A stretch of DNA of 61,674 nucleotides, filler included, from a bacterium (GTDB lineage Bacteria; UBP15; UBA6099; JAJRTR01): assembly GCA_024278215.1 (NCBI GenBank). It is 6 parts of 6 records of this genome, joined end to end, with 100 filler letters (N's around TTAATTAATTAA, not from the genome) between each part and the next. Parts side by side here need not be neighbours in the genome. Positions count along the whole stretch, not along the records: positions 23,823 to 30,537 come from JAJRTR010000140.1; positions 30,638 to 40,112 come from JAJRTR010000141.1; 4 more parts are not named here. One strand, 5' to 3'. This document shows positions 29,747-38,140 of the stretch, piece after piece. Each line of letters begins with the position of its first letter. Positions within the stretch are counted from its first letter, which is position 1. The position numbers and the translations under genes are program-made. The notes beneath the pieces are model-generated. The model had not been told where the DNA came from. It was given only the letters and a program-made list of their open reading frames with translations, and searched no databases.

Positions 29747-30370
29747 ATGAAAAGAGCAACAATTATAATTTTATCCGCCGCGCTCCTGGCGTTTGCCGTC
29801 GTTGCGGCACACGCGACAGATAAGGGGCCGGTCGACGGCAGTCAGCCGGCAATGAACAGCAAACAAGCGGAAATCAGGGAAAATGACAACCGCGAAAAAC
29901 TGCGCCGTCGCATCGAGATGATGATGACGATCGAAATAGCAGACAAGCTCGACCTTCCGGCTGAGAAGGAAGACGAGTTCTTGCTTGCGATGCGCCGCCA
30001 GTTCCGCGAACGCTCCGATCTCACGCAGGAGATGGTACGGACACGGCAGGAACTGGAGAATATCCAGAAAACGACAAAGGCGAAAGAGCAGCTCGAGCAG
30101 AAACTTGCAAAGCTTACGGAGATAAAGAAAAAACAGATCGAGATAGACGACCGATTCAACAAAAAACTCGAAAAAATTCTTACGCTGGAGCAGCGCGCGA
30201 AATTCATTGTCGAGTGGCCGAGCGTCCAGGAAAAAACAAGGGCTTTTATCGAACAGCGCAGGAGAAAGATGCACCAGAACACAAAGAATAAGGGACCGAA
30301 AGCCAAGGGGCCGAAAGGCCCCGGCGGTGACAAATCACCGCCCAAGACACCTAAAATGCCGCAAAAGTAG
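29747..30370 (+). CDS. Secreted helical Spy/CpxP-like protein
   Basis: Signal peptide, coiled coil, ILTLEQRAKF (LTxxQ-like); third gene of the ECF triad. Confidence 0.7.
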   Translation: MKRATIIILSAALLAFAVVAAHATDKGPVDGSQPAMNSKQAEIRENDNREKLRRRIEMMMTIEIADKLDLPAEKEDEFLLAMRRQFRERSDLTQEMVRTRQELENIQKTTKAKEQLEQKLAKLTEIKKKQIEIDDRFNKKLEKILTLEQRAKFIVEWPSVQEKTRAFIEQRRRKMHQNTKNKGPKAKGPKGPGGDKSPPKTPKMPQK

Positions 30371-30537
30371 GTGTTCCGGTTTATTGTTCTGCACTCGACT
30401 ATTATTATGTGCAGTGTATAATATTTCTCAGCCGACCATTGAGATATATAGCCTGTTACATGATAATAATATGTATATATAAATGTCTGGTAGTATTGTC
30501 GTCTGCGTGTGGCCGGTCGCAACAGACACTATGGCGA

Positions 30538-30637
30538 NNNNNNNNNNNNNNNNNNNNNNNNNNNNNNNNNNNNNNNNNNNNTTAATTAATTAANNNNNNN
30601 NNNNNNNNNNNNNNNNNNNNNNNNNNNNNNNNNNNNN
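30538..30637. other. Artificial contig linker
   Basis: N-run with TTAATTAATTAA. Confidence 0.98.
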
Positions 30638-30639
30638 AG

Positions 30640-31560
30640 CTCCGCATCGTCGCTGATAAAACAGGCATCGGCTACTTTTTCCCTGAAAACGACACGAAGC
30701 CTGTTTCCATCGCGCGAAAAGCGGTCAAACACGCTGCGGAACACAGCTACGACTACCTGCTGCTCGACACCGCGGGCCGCCTGCACATCGACCAGGACAT
30801 GATGGAAGAGGTCCGCAACATCGTCGGCGCTATCGACCCGCATGAGGTCCTGCTCGTGCTCGACGGCATGACGGGTCAGGACGCCGTGAACATTGCCCTG
30901 AACTTCGATCCGGTGGGCGTCACCGGCATGGTGATAACGAAAATGGACGGCGACACGCGCGGCGGCGCGGCGCTCTCTGTAAAATATACGACCGGCAAAC
31001 CGATAAAACTTATCGGAACCGGCGAGAAATTCGAGAATATCGAGCAGTTCTATCCCGACCGGTTCGTGTCGCGCATACTCGGCATGGGCGACATGATGAC
31101 CCTTATCGAAAAGGTCGAGGACAGCATCGACATGGAAGAGGCGAAAAAGCTCGAACAGAGGCTGATGAGCAACAAATTCGACCTCGAAGACTTCCTCTCA
31201 CAGATAAAACAGGTTCGGAAAATGGGCTCGATCACCAACCTGCTCGGGATGATCCCCGGCTTCGGCAAGCTCAAACAGGAGTTGCCCGAAGACCTCGCCG
31301 ACAAACAGATGCGGCGCATCGAGGCGATTGTCAACTCGATGACTATAAAGGAACGCAGGAATCCTTCGATAATAAACTCGAGCCGCAAGCGGCGCATTGC
31401 CAACGGCAGCGGCGTCACTATTCAGGAAGTGAACGGACTGCTGAAACAGTTCGACTGGATGAAGAAAACGATAGGCCAGATGAGCAGGGCCAAACCCGGC
31501 AGGGGCAGAGGCGGCATGGGCGGCATGAACATGAGCAATATGCCCAGGATAAACCTGTAA
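30640..31560 (+). CDS. ffh: Signal recognition particle protein, 5'-truncated
   Basis: DTAGRLHID, TKMDGDTRGGAALS, RILGMGD, SRKRRIANGSG; frame open from the contig edge. Confidence 0.97.
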   Translation, partial: LRIVADKTGIGYFFPENDTKPVSIARKAVKHAAEHSYDYLLLDTAGRLHIDQDMMEEVRNIVGAIDPHEVLLVLDGMTGQDAVNIALNFDPVGVTGMVITKMDGDTRGGAALSVKYTTGKPIKLIGTGEKFENIEQFYPDRFVSRILGMGDMMTLIEKVEDSIDMEEAKKLEQRLMSNKFDLEDFLSQIKQVRKMGSITNLLGMIPGFGKLKQELPEDLADKQMRRIEAIVNSMTIKERRNPSIINSSRKRRIANGSGVTIQEVNGLLKQFDWMKKTIGQMSRAKPGRGRGGMGGMNMSNMPRINL

Positions 31561-31648
31561 CACAGCAGTAGAACGCAATGCTGTAAAGAACATAAAGTAA
31601 AAATCACCGTCACAGGTGTAAAATGGACTTATATACAGGAGGTGGACA

Positions 31649-31900
31649 TTGGCAGTAAGATTAAGACTGACACGCATGGGGGCAAAAAAGAAACCCCACT
31701 ACCGGATAGTAGCTCAGGAAAGCAGATTCGCGCGCGACGGGCGCTTTATCGAAATTCTCGGCAACTACAATCCCGCGGATTACCCGGACTCTGTAGTGCT
31801 CAAAGAGGACAAGATCAAGAACTGGCTGAGCAAAGGCGCCCAGCCGACACCCGCTGTGAAAAAGCTTCTTTCTAAAAAAGGAATTTTAGCGAAATCGTAA
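31649..31900 (+). CDS. rpsP: 30S ribosomal protein S16
   Basis: MAVRLRLTRMGAKKKPHYRIV...RDGRFIE; AGGAGGT SD, TTG start. Confidence 0.97.
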   Translation: MAVRLRLTRMGAKKKPHYRIVAQESRFARDGRFIEILGNYNPADYPDSVVLKEDKIKNWLSKGAQPTPAVKKLLSKKGILAKS

Positions 31901-31944
31901 TCTGAAGCAAACTGTCGAACCCCAAAACCTGGGAGGTGTTCACG

Positions 31945-32175
31945 TTGAAAGAATTGTTGATGTTGCTAACGAAATCGATTGTAGACACACCGGACGAAGT
32001 GCAGATCAGTGAGATCGAGGGTGAAAAGGCGATAGTGTATGAAATACGGGTGGCCGACGACGACATAGGCAAGGTCATCGGCAAGCACGGTCGGATAATC
32101 AATGCAATAAGGACGATTGTCCGCGCCGCCGCCGTCAAGGAAGGCAAGAAGGTTTCTATCGAGCTGCTTGGATGA
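31945..32175 (+). CDS. khpA: KH-domain RNA-binding protein KhpA/YlqC
   Basis: DIGKVIGKHGRIINAIRT; conserved position after rpsP. Confidence 0.93.
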   Translation: MKELLMLLTKSIVDTPDEVQISEIEGEKAIVYEIRVADDDIGKVIGKHGRIINAIRTIVRAAAVKEGKKVSIELLG

Positions 32176-32687
32176 CACGTTACGTTACTGTCGGAAAAAC
32201 GACTTCGCCGCACGGCATAAAGGGCTGGATCAAGGTTATGCCGCTGACCCACGACCCCGGTCGTTTCGAGAATCTGGAAAGCGTGAGTCTCGCGCGCGAC
32301 GAACACGACCCCGGTCGCCGGCTTTCCATCGCGGGTGTGAAGTACCAGGCACGAAATCTACTGGTGAAGTTTGAAGGGATCGACTCGCGAGACGACGCCG
32401 AGCGGCTCAGGCATTGTCTGTTGCGTGTTCCCGAGGAAGAAATTCCGCCCATCGAGGAGGAGGATACATACTATCACTACCAGCTCGAGGGCATGGAAGT
32501 CAAAGACACGGAAGGCGAGGTCGTGGGGCGGTTGACATCGGTTATCGACACCGGAAGCAACGACATATACGCCATCGCCGCCCCGGATGGAAAAACTGAA
32601 TACTACCTGCCTGCTCTCAAGTCGTGCGTCATTTCCGTCGACGTCGAGAAACAGCAGATGGTGGTAGACAGGAACTGGCTGACATGA
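32172..32687 (+). CDS. rimM: Ribosome maturation factor RimM
   Basis: PHGIKGWIKV, YYHYQLEG, TGSNDIY. Confidence 0.95.
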   Translation: MTRYVTVGKTTSPHGIKGWIKVMPLTHDPGRFENLESVSLARDEHDPGRRLSIAGVKYQARNLLVKFEGIDSRDDAERLRHCLLRVPEEEIPPIEEEDTYYHYQLEGMEVKDTEGEVVGRLTSVIDTGSNDIYAIAAPDGKTEYYLPALKSCVISVDVEKQQMVVDRNWLT

Positions 32688-33439
32688 TAGTCCACGTTAT
32701 CACCCTTTTTCCTGAAATCGTGGAAGCGTATTTCTCTGAAGGCGTAGTTGCCAGGGCGCGAGAGGACGGGTTGCTGGAAATCAACGCAACGCAACTCCGG
32801 GATTTCGCCGAAGACAAACACCGCACGGTCGACGACTACCCTTACGGCGGCGGCGCCGGGATGATCCTCAAACCCGACGTCATGGCAAAAGCGATAAGGC
32901 ACGTCATGTCAATGTGCGAAAACGGCGGCGAAAGAACGCCGGTGGTGCTCACAACGCCACACGGTCGCAGATTCGACGCGGGCATCGCGCGCGAACTCAG
33001 CAGTCGCCTCGAGTGGATCGTTATCTGCGGCCACTACGGCGGAATCGACCAGCGGATAGTCGACCGGTTTGTAACCGACGAAATTTCTATCGGAGATTAC
33101 GTACTCACCGGCGGCGAGTTGCCAGCGCTGGTGATGATCGACGCGGCGGCGCGGTTCATCCCCGGAGTGCTCGGCAACGAGGGCTCCGCAGCCGGCGACA
33201 CATTCGAAGACGGGCTGCTGGGAGCGCCGAACTACACGCGGCCCCCGGTCTTCGAGAACTGTGAAGTGCCGGACGTACTGCTTTCCGGCCACCATGCGCA
33301 CATCGACACATGGCGCAGGCGGCGCAAACTCGAGCTGACGCGGCAGCGGAGGCCCGACCTCCTGGAGAATGCCGCTATCTCCGGTGAAGACAGGGAATAT
33401 ATAAAGAAACTTGAAACGAAAGAGGATTATAAGGAATAA
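32684..33439 (+). CDS. trmD: tRNA (guanine-N1)-methyltransferase
   Basis: ITLFPE, VDDYPYGGGAGM, SIGDYVLTGGE, VPDVLLSGHH. Confidence 0.97.
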   Translation: MIVHVITLFPEIVEAYFSEGVVARAREDGLLEINATQLRDFAEDKHRTVDDYPYGGGAGMILKPDVMAKAIRHVMSMCENGGERTPVVLTTPHGRRFDAGIARELSSRLEWIVICGHYGGIDQRIVDRFVTDEISIGDYVLTGGELPALVMIDAAARFIPGVLGNEGSAAGDTFEDGLLGAPNYTRPPVFENCEVPDVLLSGHHAHIDTWRRRRKLELTRQRRPDLLENAAISGEDREYIKKLETKEDYKE

Positions 33440-33600
33440 TATAACTCTTGTGCAACACACTCGAATTTAACATGTGTGTGTTGAAAATGCACAACATATA
33501 TGTGTTGCTTCACGAGCATAGCGGAGTCGAAAGAGCGTATCCTTCGACAGGCTCAGTAAATAATAAACGGTATTTCGGTATTTATCATGTCCCTGAACAT

Positions 33601-33645
33601 CCTGATCCGCAAAATAACGCGGACATCAAGCAGATAAAAGGAGAA
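33601..33645 (+). promoter_or_regulatory. Possible rplS leader hairpin (L19-leader-like)
   Basis: GATCCGC-AAAATAAC-GCGGACATC hairpin just before the AAGGAG SD; weak resemblance only. Confidence 0.3.
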
Positions 33646-33650
33646 GGAAA

Positions 33651-34037
33651 ATGCAGGCAATCGAAAAATTTGAAAAAGACTACACAAAAAAAGGGAAAGA
33701 TGTCCCGCAGTTTGAAATCGGCGACCTCGTAAAGGTTCACCACAAGATTGTCGAAGGCGGCAAGGAAAGAACCCAGGTTTTCCAGGGTGTCGTCATCGCT
33801 AGAAAAGGCGGCGGGATCAACGAGACATTCACCGTGCGCAAAGTATCGTTCGGCATCGGTGTCGAAAAAGTGTATCCCGTACATTCGCCACGTGTGGATA
33901 AAGTCCAGGTCGTGCGGCACAGCAAAGTGCGCAGAGCAAAACTATACTACATGCGTGCCCTGTCGGGAAAATCCGCGAGGCTCAAGGAACGTATCGTCAT
34001 CTCCGACAAAGCCAGAAAGAAAGCAGCGAAAAAGTAA
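33651..34037 (+). CDS. rplS: 50S ribosomal protein L19
   Basis: [38 protein letters not shown]. Confidence 0.98.
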   Translation: MQAIEKFEKDYTKKGKDVPQFEIGDLVKVHHKIVEGGKERTQVFQGVVIARKGGGINETFTVRKVSFGIGVEKVYPVHSPRVDKVQVVRHSKVRRAKLYYMRALSGKSARLKERIVISDKARKKAAKK

Positions 34038-34065
34038 TTCTCTTTTCCGCATCAGAATTCTTTAT

Positions 34066-34941
34066 ATGGCAAAAGAAAAAAACAGTGACTATCACGTGCA
34101 GCTCAATGTCGCGCCGGACAAAGTCATATCCGACGGTCGGAATGAAGTCGTACTCAAATGTACTATCTCTGATAAAAACGGTAAACATGTCAAGCAGGAA
34201 ACTCCCGTTACATTCGAGATAAAAAGACAGCGCTTCCACCAGGAACAAAAAACCCGCAAAGGGACTTCGACCGTTAAATTCAAACCCACACGCCCGACAG
34301 CGAAAACAAAAGTCACGTGTTTGACACCGCACGGCGAAGCGACCGCATGGCTGCGCGTCGACCCCACACCGGCACAGTATATACGCGACATGCTGCAAGC
34401 TGTCGTGCTAGCCTTTCTCGTCGCATTTCTCATCATCAAACCTTTTATCATCGGGACATACTACATACCCTCGGCATCGATGGAACCGACTTTCTATGAG
34501 AACGACCGGCTCATCGGCCTGATGTTCTCCTACAGGTTCCGCGACCCGCAACCCGGAGAAATAATCATTTTTAAAAAACCCGATGTATTCGTGGAACACA
34601 AAATCCCCTTTACAAATATTAAATGGAGAAGCTACACGGATTACATTAAGCGCCTGATCGCAGTCGGCGGCGACACAATCGAAGTTCGCAATATGACGGT
34701 TTACATAAACAACAAACCGCTCGACGAGCCTTACATAAAAGCCCCGCCTTTCCAGAATTTCGGACCTTTCACCGTTCCGAAGGGCCAATACTTTTTTATG
34801 GGCGACAACAGAAACAACAGCAACGACAGCCGCTTCTGGGGTCCACTCGAGCGAAAATGGATACTCTCAAAACCTGTCCTGCGCTTCTGGCCACCCGACC
34901 GTATCGGGCTCATACCACAGTATACACGCAAATACAAATAA
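34066..34941 (+). CDS. lepB: Signal peptidase I with an N-terminal Ig-like extension
   Basis: IPSASMEPT (Ser), YIKRLIA.GGD (Lys), GDNRNNSNDSRFWG; ~100-aa extra domain before the TM. Confidence 0.93.
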   Translation: MAKEKNSDYHVQLNVAPDKVISDGRNEVVLKCTISDKNGKHVKQETPVTFEIKRQRFHQEQKTRKGTSTVKFKPTRPTAKTKVTCLTPHGEATAWLRVDPTPAQYIRDMLQAVVLAFLVAFLIIKPFIIGTYYIPSASMEPTFYENDRLIGLMFSYRFRDPQPGEIIIFKKPDVFVEHKIPFTNIKWRSYTDYIKRLIAVGGDTIEVRNMTVYINNKPLDEPYIKAPPFQNFGPFTVPKGQYFFMGDNRNNSNDSRFWGPLERKWILSKPVLRFWPPDRIGLIPQYTRKYK

Positions 34942-35189
34942 ATCGGCTTATAGTGTATGTTTTAAATTTGTAAATAAAGCGACTTTCAAGATATTCAAAG
35001 AGAGCATGAAAATCTTAGTCGGCAGGTCGTTTTATGCAACACTTTTCTTGAATATTTTGTTGCTAAACTTATGATAATCACCTCAATGAAGCTATAAGCA
35101 TCTATAATGCTCAAAAGAAGTTAAAATGAATAAAACAGGATGATAATACGCAATAAGCCATAAAAATGCTAAAAATATGGAACAAGGGC

Positions 35190-35217
35190 TTGACATTTAC
35201 TTAAAGTAAAGTAATAT
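35190..35217 (+). promoter_or_regulatory. Sigma70 promoter of the histone-H1-like gene
   Basis: TTGACA-N16-TAATAT after an AT-rich tract. Confidence 0.6.
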
Positions 35218-35261
35218 ACGTAACTATAGTTAATCATTAACATTCAGAAGGGAGGTATGCA

Positions 35262-35519
35262 ATGGCTAGGAAGAAAAAAGCTGTAAAAAAGGCTGCAAAA
35301 AAGAAGGCACCGGCAAAGAAGAAAGTTGCAAAAAAAGCCGCTCCTAAGAAGAAAGCTGCCGTAAAAAAGGCGAAGAAGACCGTCGCCAGGAAAAAGGCTG
35401 CTCCGAAGAAGGCGGCAAAGAAAAAAGCGCCGGCAAAGAAAAAAGTTGCAAAAAAAGCCGCTCCTAAGAAGAAAGCTGTCGCCAGGAAGAAAAAAGCAAC
35501 TGGAAAGAAAAAGAAATGA
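35262..35519 (+). CDS. Histone-H1-like (Lys/Ala/Pro-rich) DNA-binding protein
   Basis: GGGAGGT SD; KKAAKKKAPAKKKVAKKAAPKKKA occurs twice; has its own promoter and terminators. Confidence 0.85.
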   Translation: MARKKKAVKKAAKKKAPAKKKVAKKAAPKKKAAVKKAKKTVARKKAAPKKAAKKKAPAKKKVAKKAAPKKKAVARKKKATGKKKK

Positions 35520-35563
35520 ATCCGGCGGTTGAATGCACCCACCGCCGGATTCGGGGTTAAATG

Positions 35564-35592
35564 GAAAAAGGGGAACCAGGGTTCCCCTTTTA
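35564..35592. terminator. Bidirectional terminator between the H1-like gene and rpsT
   Basis: AAAAAGGGGAACC-AG-GGTTCCCCTTTT; extra hairpin at 35520-35550. Confidence 0.75.
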
Positions 35593-35627
35593 CATTTCTA
35601 CATAAAACGACTCATCCGAAATTACTT

Positions 35628-35897
35628 TTATGAGGCGAAGGACTTGTTGAACTTCTTTACAAGTCTGGATTTTGAACGACTTGCCTTTTTGGAATGAATT
35701 ATCCCCTTCTGCGCTGTCTTATCCAGCTTTCTTGATGCTGTCTTCACCGCTTCAAGGGCTTTTTCTCTGTCGTCTTCAGTGATAGCGTTTTCAGCCTTTT
35801 TCAGGCATGTGCGTAGAGACGCTTTCGCAACTCTGTTCCTGTCGCGCCGTTTTTCGTTTTGCCTCATTCGTTTCTTTGCTGACCGTACATTGGGCAT
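35628..35897 (-). CDS. rpsT: 30S ribosomal protein S20
   Basis: MPNVRSAKKRMRQ...KGIIHSKKASRSKSRL. Confidence 0.97.
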   Translation of the reverse strand: MPNVRSAKKRMRQNEKRRDRNRVAKASLRTCLKKAENAITEDDREKALEAVKTASRKLDKTAQKGIIHSKKASRSKSRLVKKFNKSFAS

Positions 35898-36112
35898 TCT
35901 AATCTTCTCCCCATTAAATCTTTCTCTGCAAGATGATAAATATAGCTCAAACAGCCGCTGAAATCAATAGTAGAAAATATTTTCTATTTCTGTAACATCG
36001 AGTATCTTCACAACCGTCTGTTCCAACAATGATTTTGACGGGGACTGTCCGTGTCGGTATAATGTATGATTCCTGAACAAGAAAAATAATAAGAATATAT
36101 TGAAAAGAGGTA

Positions 36113-36895
36113 ATGAAAATGAACTGGGGAATGAAAAACAGACTTTCGAGAATAATACAGCCCGACACGGGACGATGCCTCATGCTCGCGGTAGACCACG
36201 GCTATTTCCAGGGGCCGACGACAGGGCTGCGTAACCTTGGCGCGACAGTCAACCCGCTGCTGCCGTACGCGGATGCGCTGATGATAACGAGAGGCGCGCT
36301 CAAAGGCTGGATACCGCCCGAGACGGGCAAGCCGATTATTCTGCGCGTTTCCGGCGGCCCCACTGTGCTCAAAGAACTCTCCAACGAGCTGGTGACGACA
36401 ACGATCGAGGATGCTATCCGCATCAACGCTTCCGCCATCACTTGCTCGGTCTACATCGGCGCGGAGTTCGAAAAGGAAACAATCGCAAACCTTGCGCAGC
36501 TCGTAAACGACGGCGAAAAATACGGCATCCCCGTGCTTTCCGTAACAGCGGTAGGCAGGGATATGGCGCGCGACGCCCGCTTCCTCGGACTCGCCAGCCG
36601 CGTTTGCGTCGAGATCGGCGCGCATATCATCAAAACATATTACTGCGAAGGTTTCGAGCAGGTTGTGGAAGCGTGCGGAAACGTGCCGGTAGTCATCGCG
36701 GGCGGAAAGAAGCTCCCCGAAAAAGAAGCGCTCGAAATGGCCGCCGGTGCTCTGTCGTGCGGTGCTGTGGGCGTGGACATGGGGCGAAACATTTTCCAGT
36801 CGGACAAACCGGTTGCCATGATAAAAGCGGTACGCGCCCTTATCCACGAAAAGAAATCTGTCGACGAAGCTTACGAGATGTACCTGAACGGCTGA
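36113..36895 (+). CDS. lsrF: LsrF-family thiolase (class I aldolase fold)
   Basis: WGMKNRLSRI, MLAVDHGYFQGPT, IKTYYC, VIAGGKK, GVDMGRNIFQS. Confidence 0.92.
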   Translation: MKMNWGMKNRLSRIIQPDTGRCLMLAVDHGYFQGPTTGLRNLGATVNPLLPYADALMITRGALKGWIPPETGKPIILRVSGGPTVLKELSNELVTTTIEDAIRINASAITCSVYIGAEFEKETIANLAQLVNDGEKYGIPVLSVTAVGRDMARDARFLGLASRVCVEIGAHIIKTYYCEGFEQVVEACGNVPVVIAGGKKLPEKEALEMAAGALSCGAVGVDMGRNIFQSDKPVAMIKAVRALIHEKKSVDEAYEMYLNG

Positions 36896-36964
36896 GCGAA
36901 AAATTCGGTTCTGAATCGAGTCGATTATTATGAACCATCGTTCCTTTCGGCACCAGGTATGCTT

Positions 36965-37050
36965 TGGAATGCAAAAACGTAAGTTTTTACAAAATGCAGC
37001 TTTTTCGCAGATGCAACGACACATTCGCTGCATTACGGAAATTTCAGATG
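36965..37050. repeat. Family C repeat copy
   Basis: TGGAATGCAAAAACGTAAGTTTTTACAAAATGC...ATTTCAGATG matches 7705-7791. Confidence 0.75.
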
Positions 37051-37109
37051 CACCGCTGTGAATGATTATATCTGAACAATTATGTTTTTACTCTGTACAG
37101 GAGCGGACA

Positions 37110-38102
37110 ATGAAAGTTGCAGTCTATTACAATAACAGCGACGTGCGGATCGAGGAACGCCCGACACCGGAGATCGGCGACGGCGAGATACTCGTCAGGA
37201 TAATGGCGTCGGGCATCTGCGGCACAGACGCTGTCGAGTGGTACAGGATCAAAAAAGCGCCGCGCGTGCTGGGCCACGAAATCGCCGGCGAAATTGTGCG
37301 GATCGGCAACGAAGTGAAAGGCCTGACGGTCGGCGACCGCGTCTTCGTCTCGCATCATGTGCCGTGCTACGACTGCAAATACTGCAATGCCGGCCACCAC
37401 ACCGCCTGCGAAACGCTGCACACAGGCAATTTCGATCCGGGCGGATTCAGCGAATATGTGCGAGTGCCGGAAATCAACGTCCGGTTCGGCACGTATGCCC
37501 TGCCGGAAACGGTGTCATACAGTGAAGGCGCGATGATCGAGCCGCTCGCGTGCGCTGTGCGAGCCATGAAAGTCGGTCGCGTTGCGGCGGGCAGCAAAGT
37601 GCTCGTGCTCGGCTGCGGGATTTCCGGCATCATGAACATACAGGAAGCAAAGCTGCTGGGCGCGGAAGTCGTCGCGACGGACGTGAGCGGCTGGCGGCTG
37701 GAGAAGGCCGGACGATACGGTGCGGACAGGACGGTTCACGCGAGCGAAACGCTCCCTGCGGATTTTGATTGCGTGATACTCTGCACAGGCGCTATGCCCG
37801 CCGTCGAGCAGGCATTCAGATGCCTGGACCGCAAAGGCATATTTGTTTTCTTCGCGATCCCCGGCGTCAATCCTGCGATTCCCATTGTGGATTTCTGGCG
37901 AAACGAAATGACCGTCACCGCCACTTACGGCGCGGCCCCGGAAGACCTGGCTGTCTCTCTTTCGCAAATAGCGGACGGAAAAGTCGACATGAAAAGCGTC
38001 ATCACCCACCGGCTGCCTCTCGACCGAATCCAGGAAGGTTTCGACATCGTCGCCCGCGCCGGCGAATCTCTCAAAGTTGTTGTATATCCTTTCGGGGTGT
38101 AG
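37110..38102 (+). CDS. Zn-dependent medium-chain alcohol/sugar dehydrogenase
   Basis: GICGTD, GHEIAG, C..C..C...C structural Zn site, EPLAC. Confidence 0.92.
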   Translation: MKVAVYYNNSDVRIEERPTPEIGDGEILVRIMASGICGTDAVEWYRIKKAPRVLGHEIAGEIVRIGNEVKGLTVGDRVFVSHHVPCYDCKYCNAGHHTACETLHTGNFDPGGFSEYVRVPEINVRFGTYALPETVSYSEGAMIEPLACAVRAMKVGRVAAGSKVLVLGCGISGIMNIQEAKLLGAEVVATDVSGWRLEKAGRYGADRTVHASETLPADFDCVILCTGAMPAVEQAFRCLDRKGIFVFFAIPGVNPAIPIVDFWRNEMTVTATYGAAPEDLAVSLSQIADGKVDMKSVITHRLPLDRIQEGFDIVARAGESLKVVVYPFGV

Positions 38103-38128
38103 CACGCATCGGCGCAATATGCGGGTTA
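38100..38128. repeat. Degenerate solo family B palindrome overlapping the dehydrogenase TAG stop
   Basis: TAGCACGCATCGGCGCAATATGCGGGTTA. Confidence 0.5.
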
Positions 38129-38140
38129 CCGTTCGTAAGT

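Noticed and set aside
33748-34065. 106-aa upstream extension of lepB overlapping rplS
   Set aside because: Alternate-frame overlap with a conserved ribosomal gene; ATG 34066 is the plausible start
35237-35542. Phe/Ala-rich membrane-like ORF on the minus strand
   Set aside because: Antisense shadow of the Lys/Ala-rich H1-like gene, which has the SD and promoter
36008-37033. Long antisense ORFs (e.g. 9671-10564, 10982-11851, 25436-26431, 36008-37033, 50274-51410)
   Set aside because: Shadows of well-supported genes caused by GC-biased codon usage; no motifs
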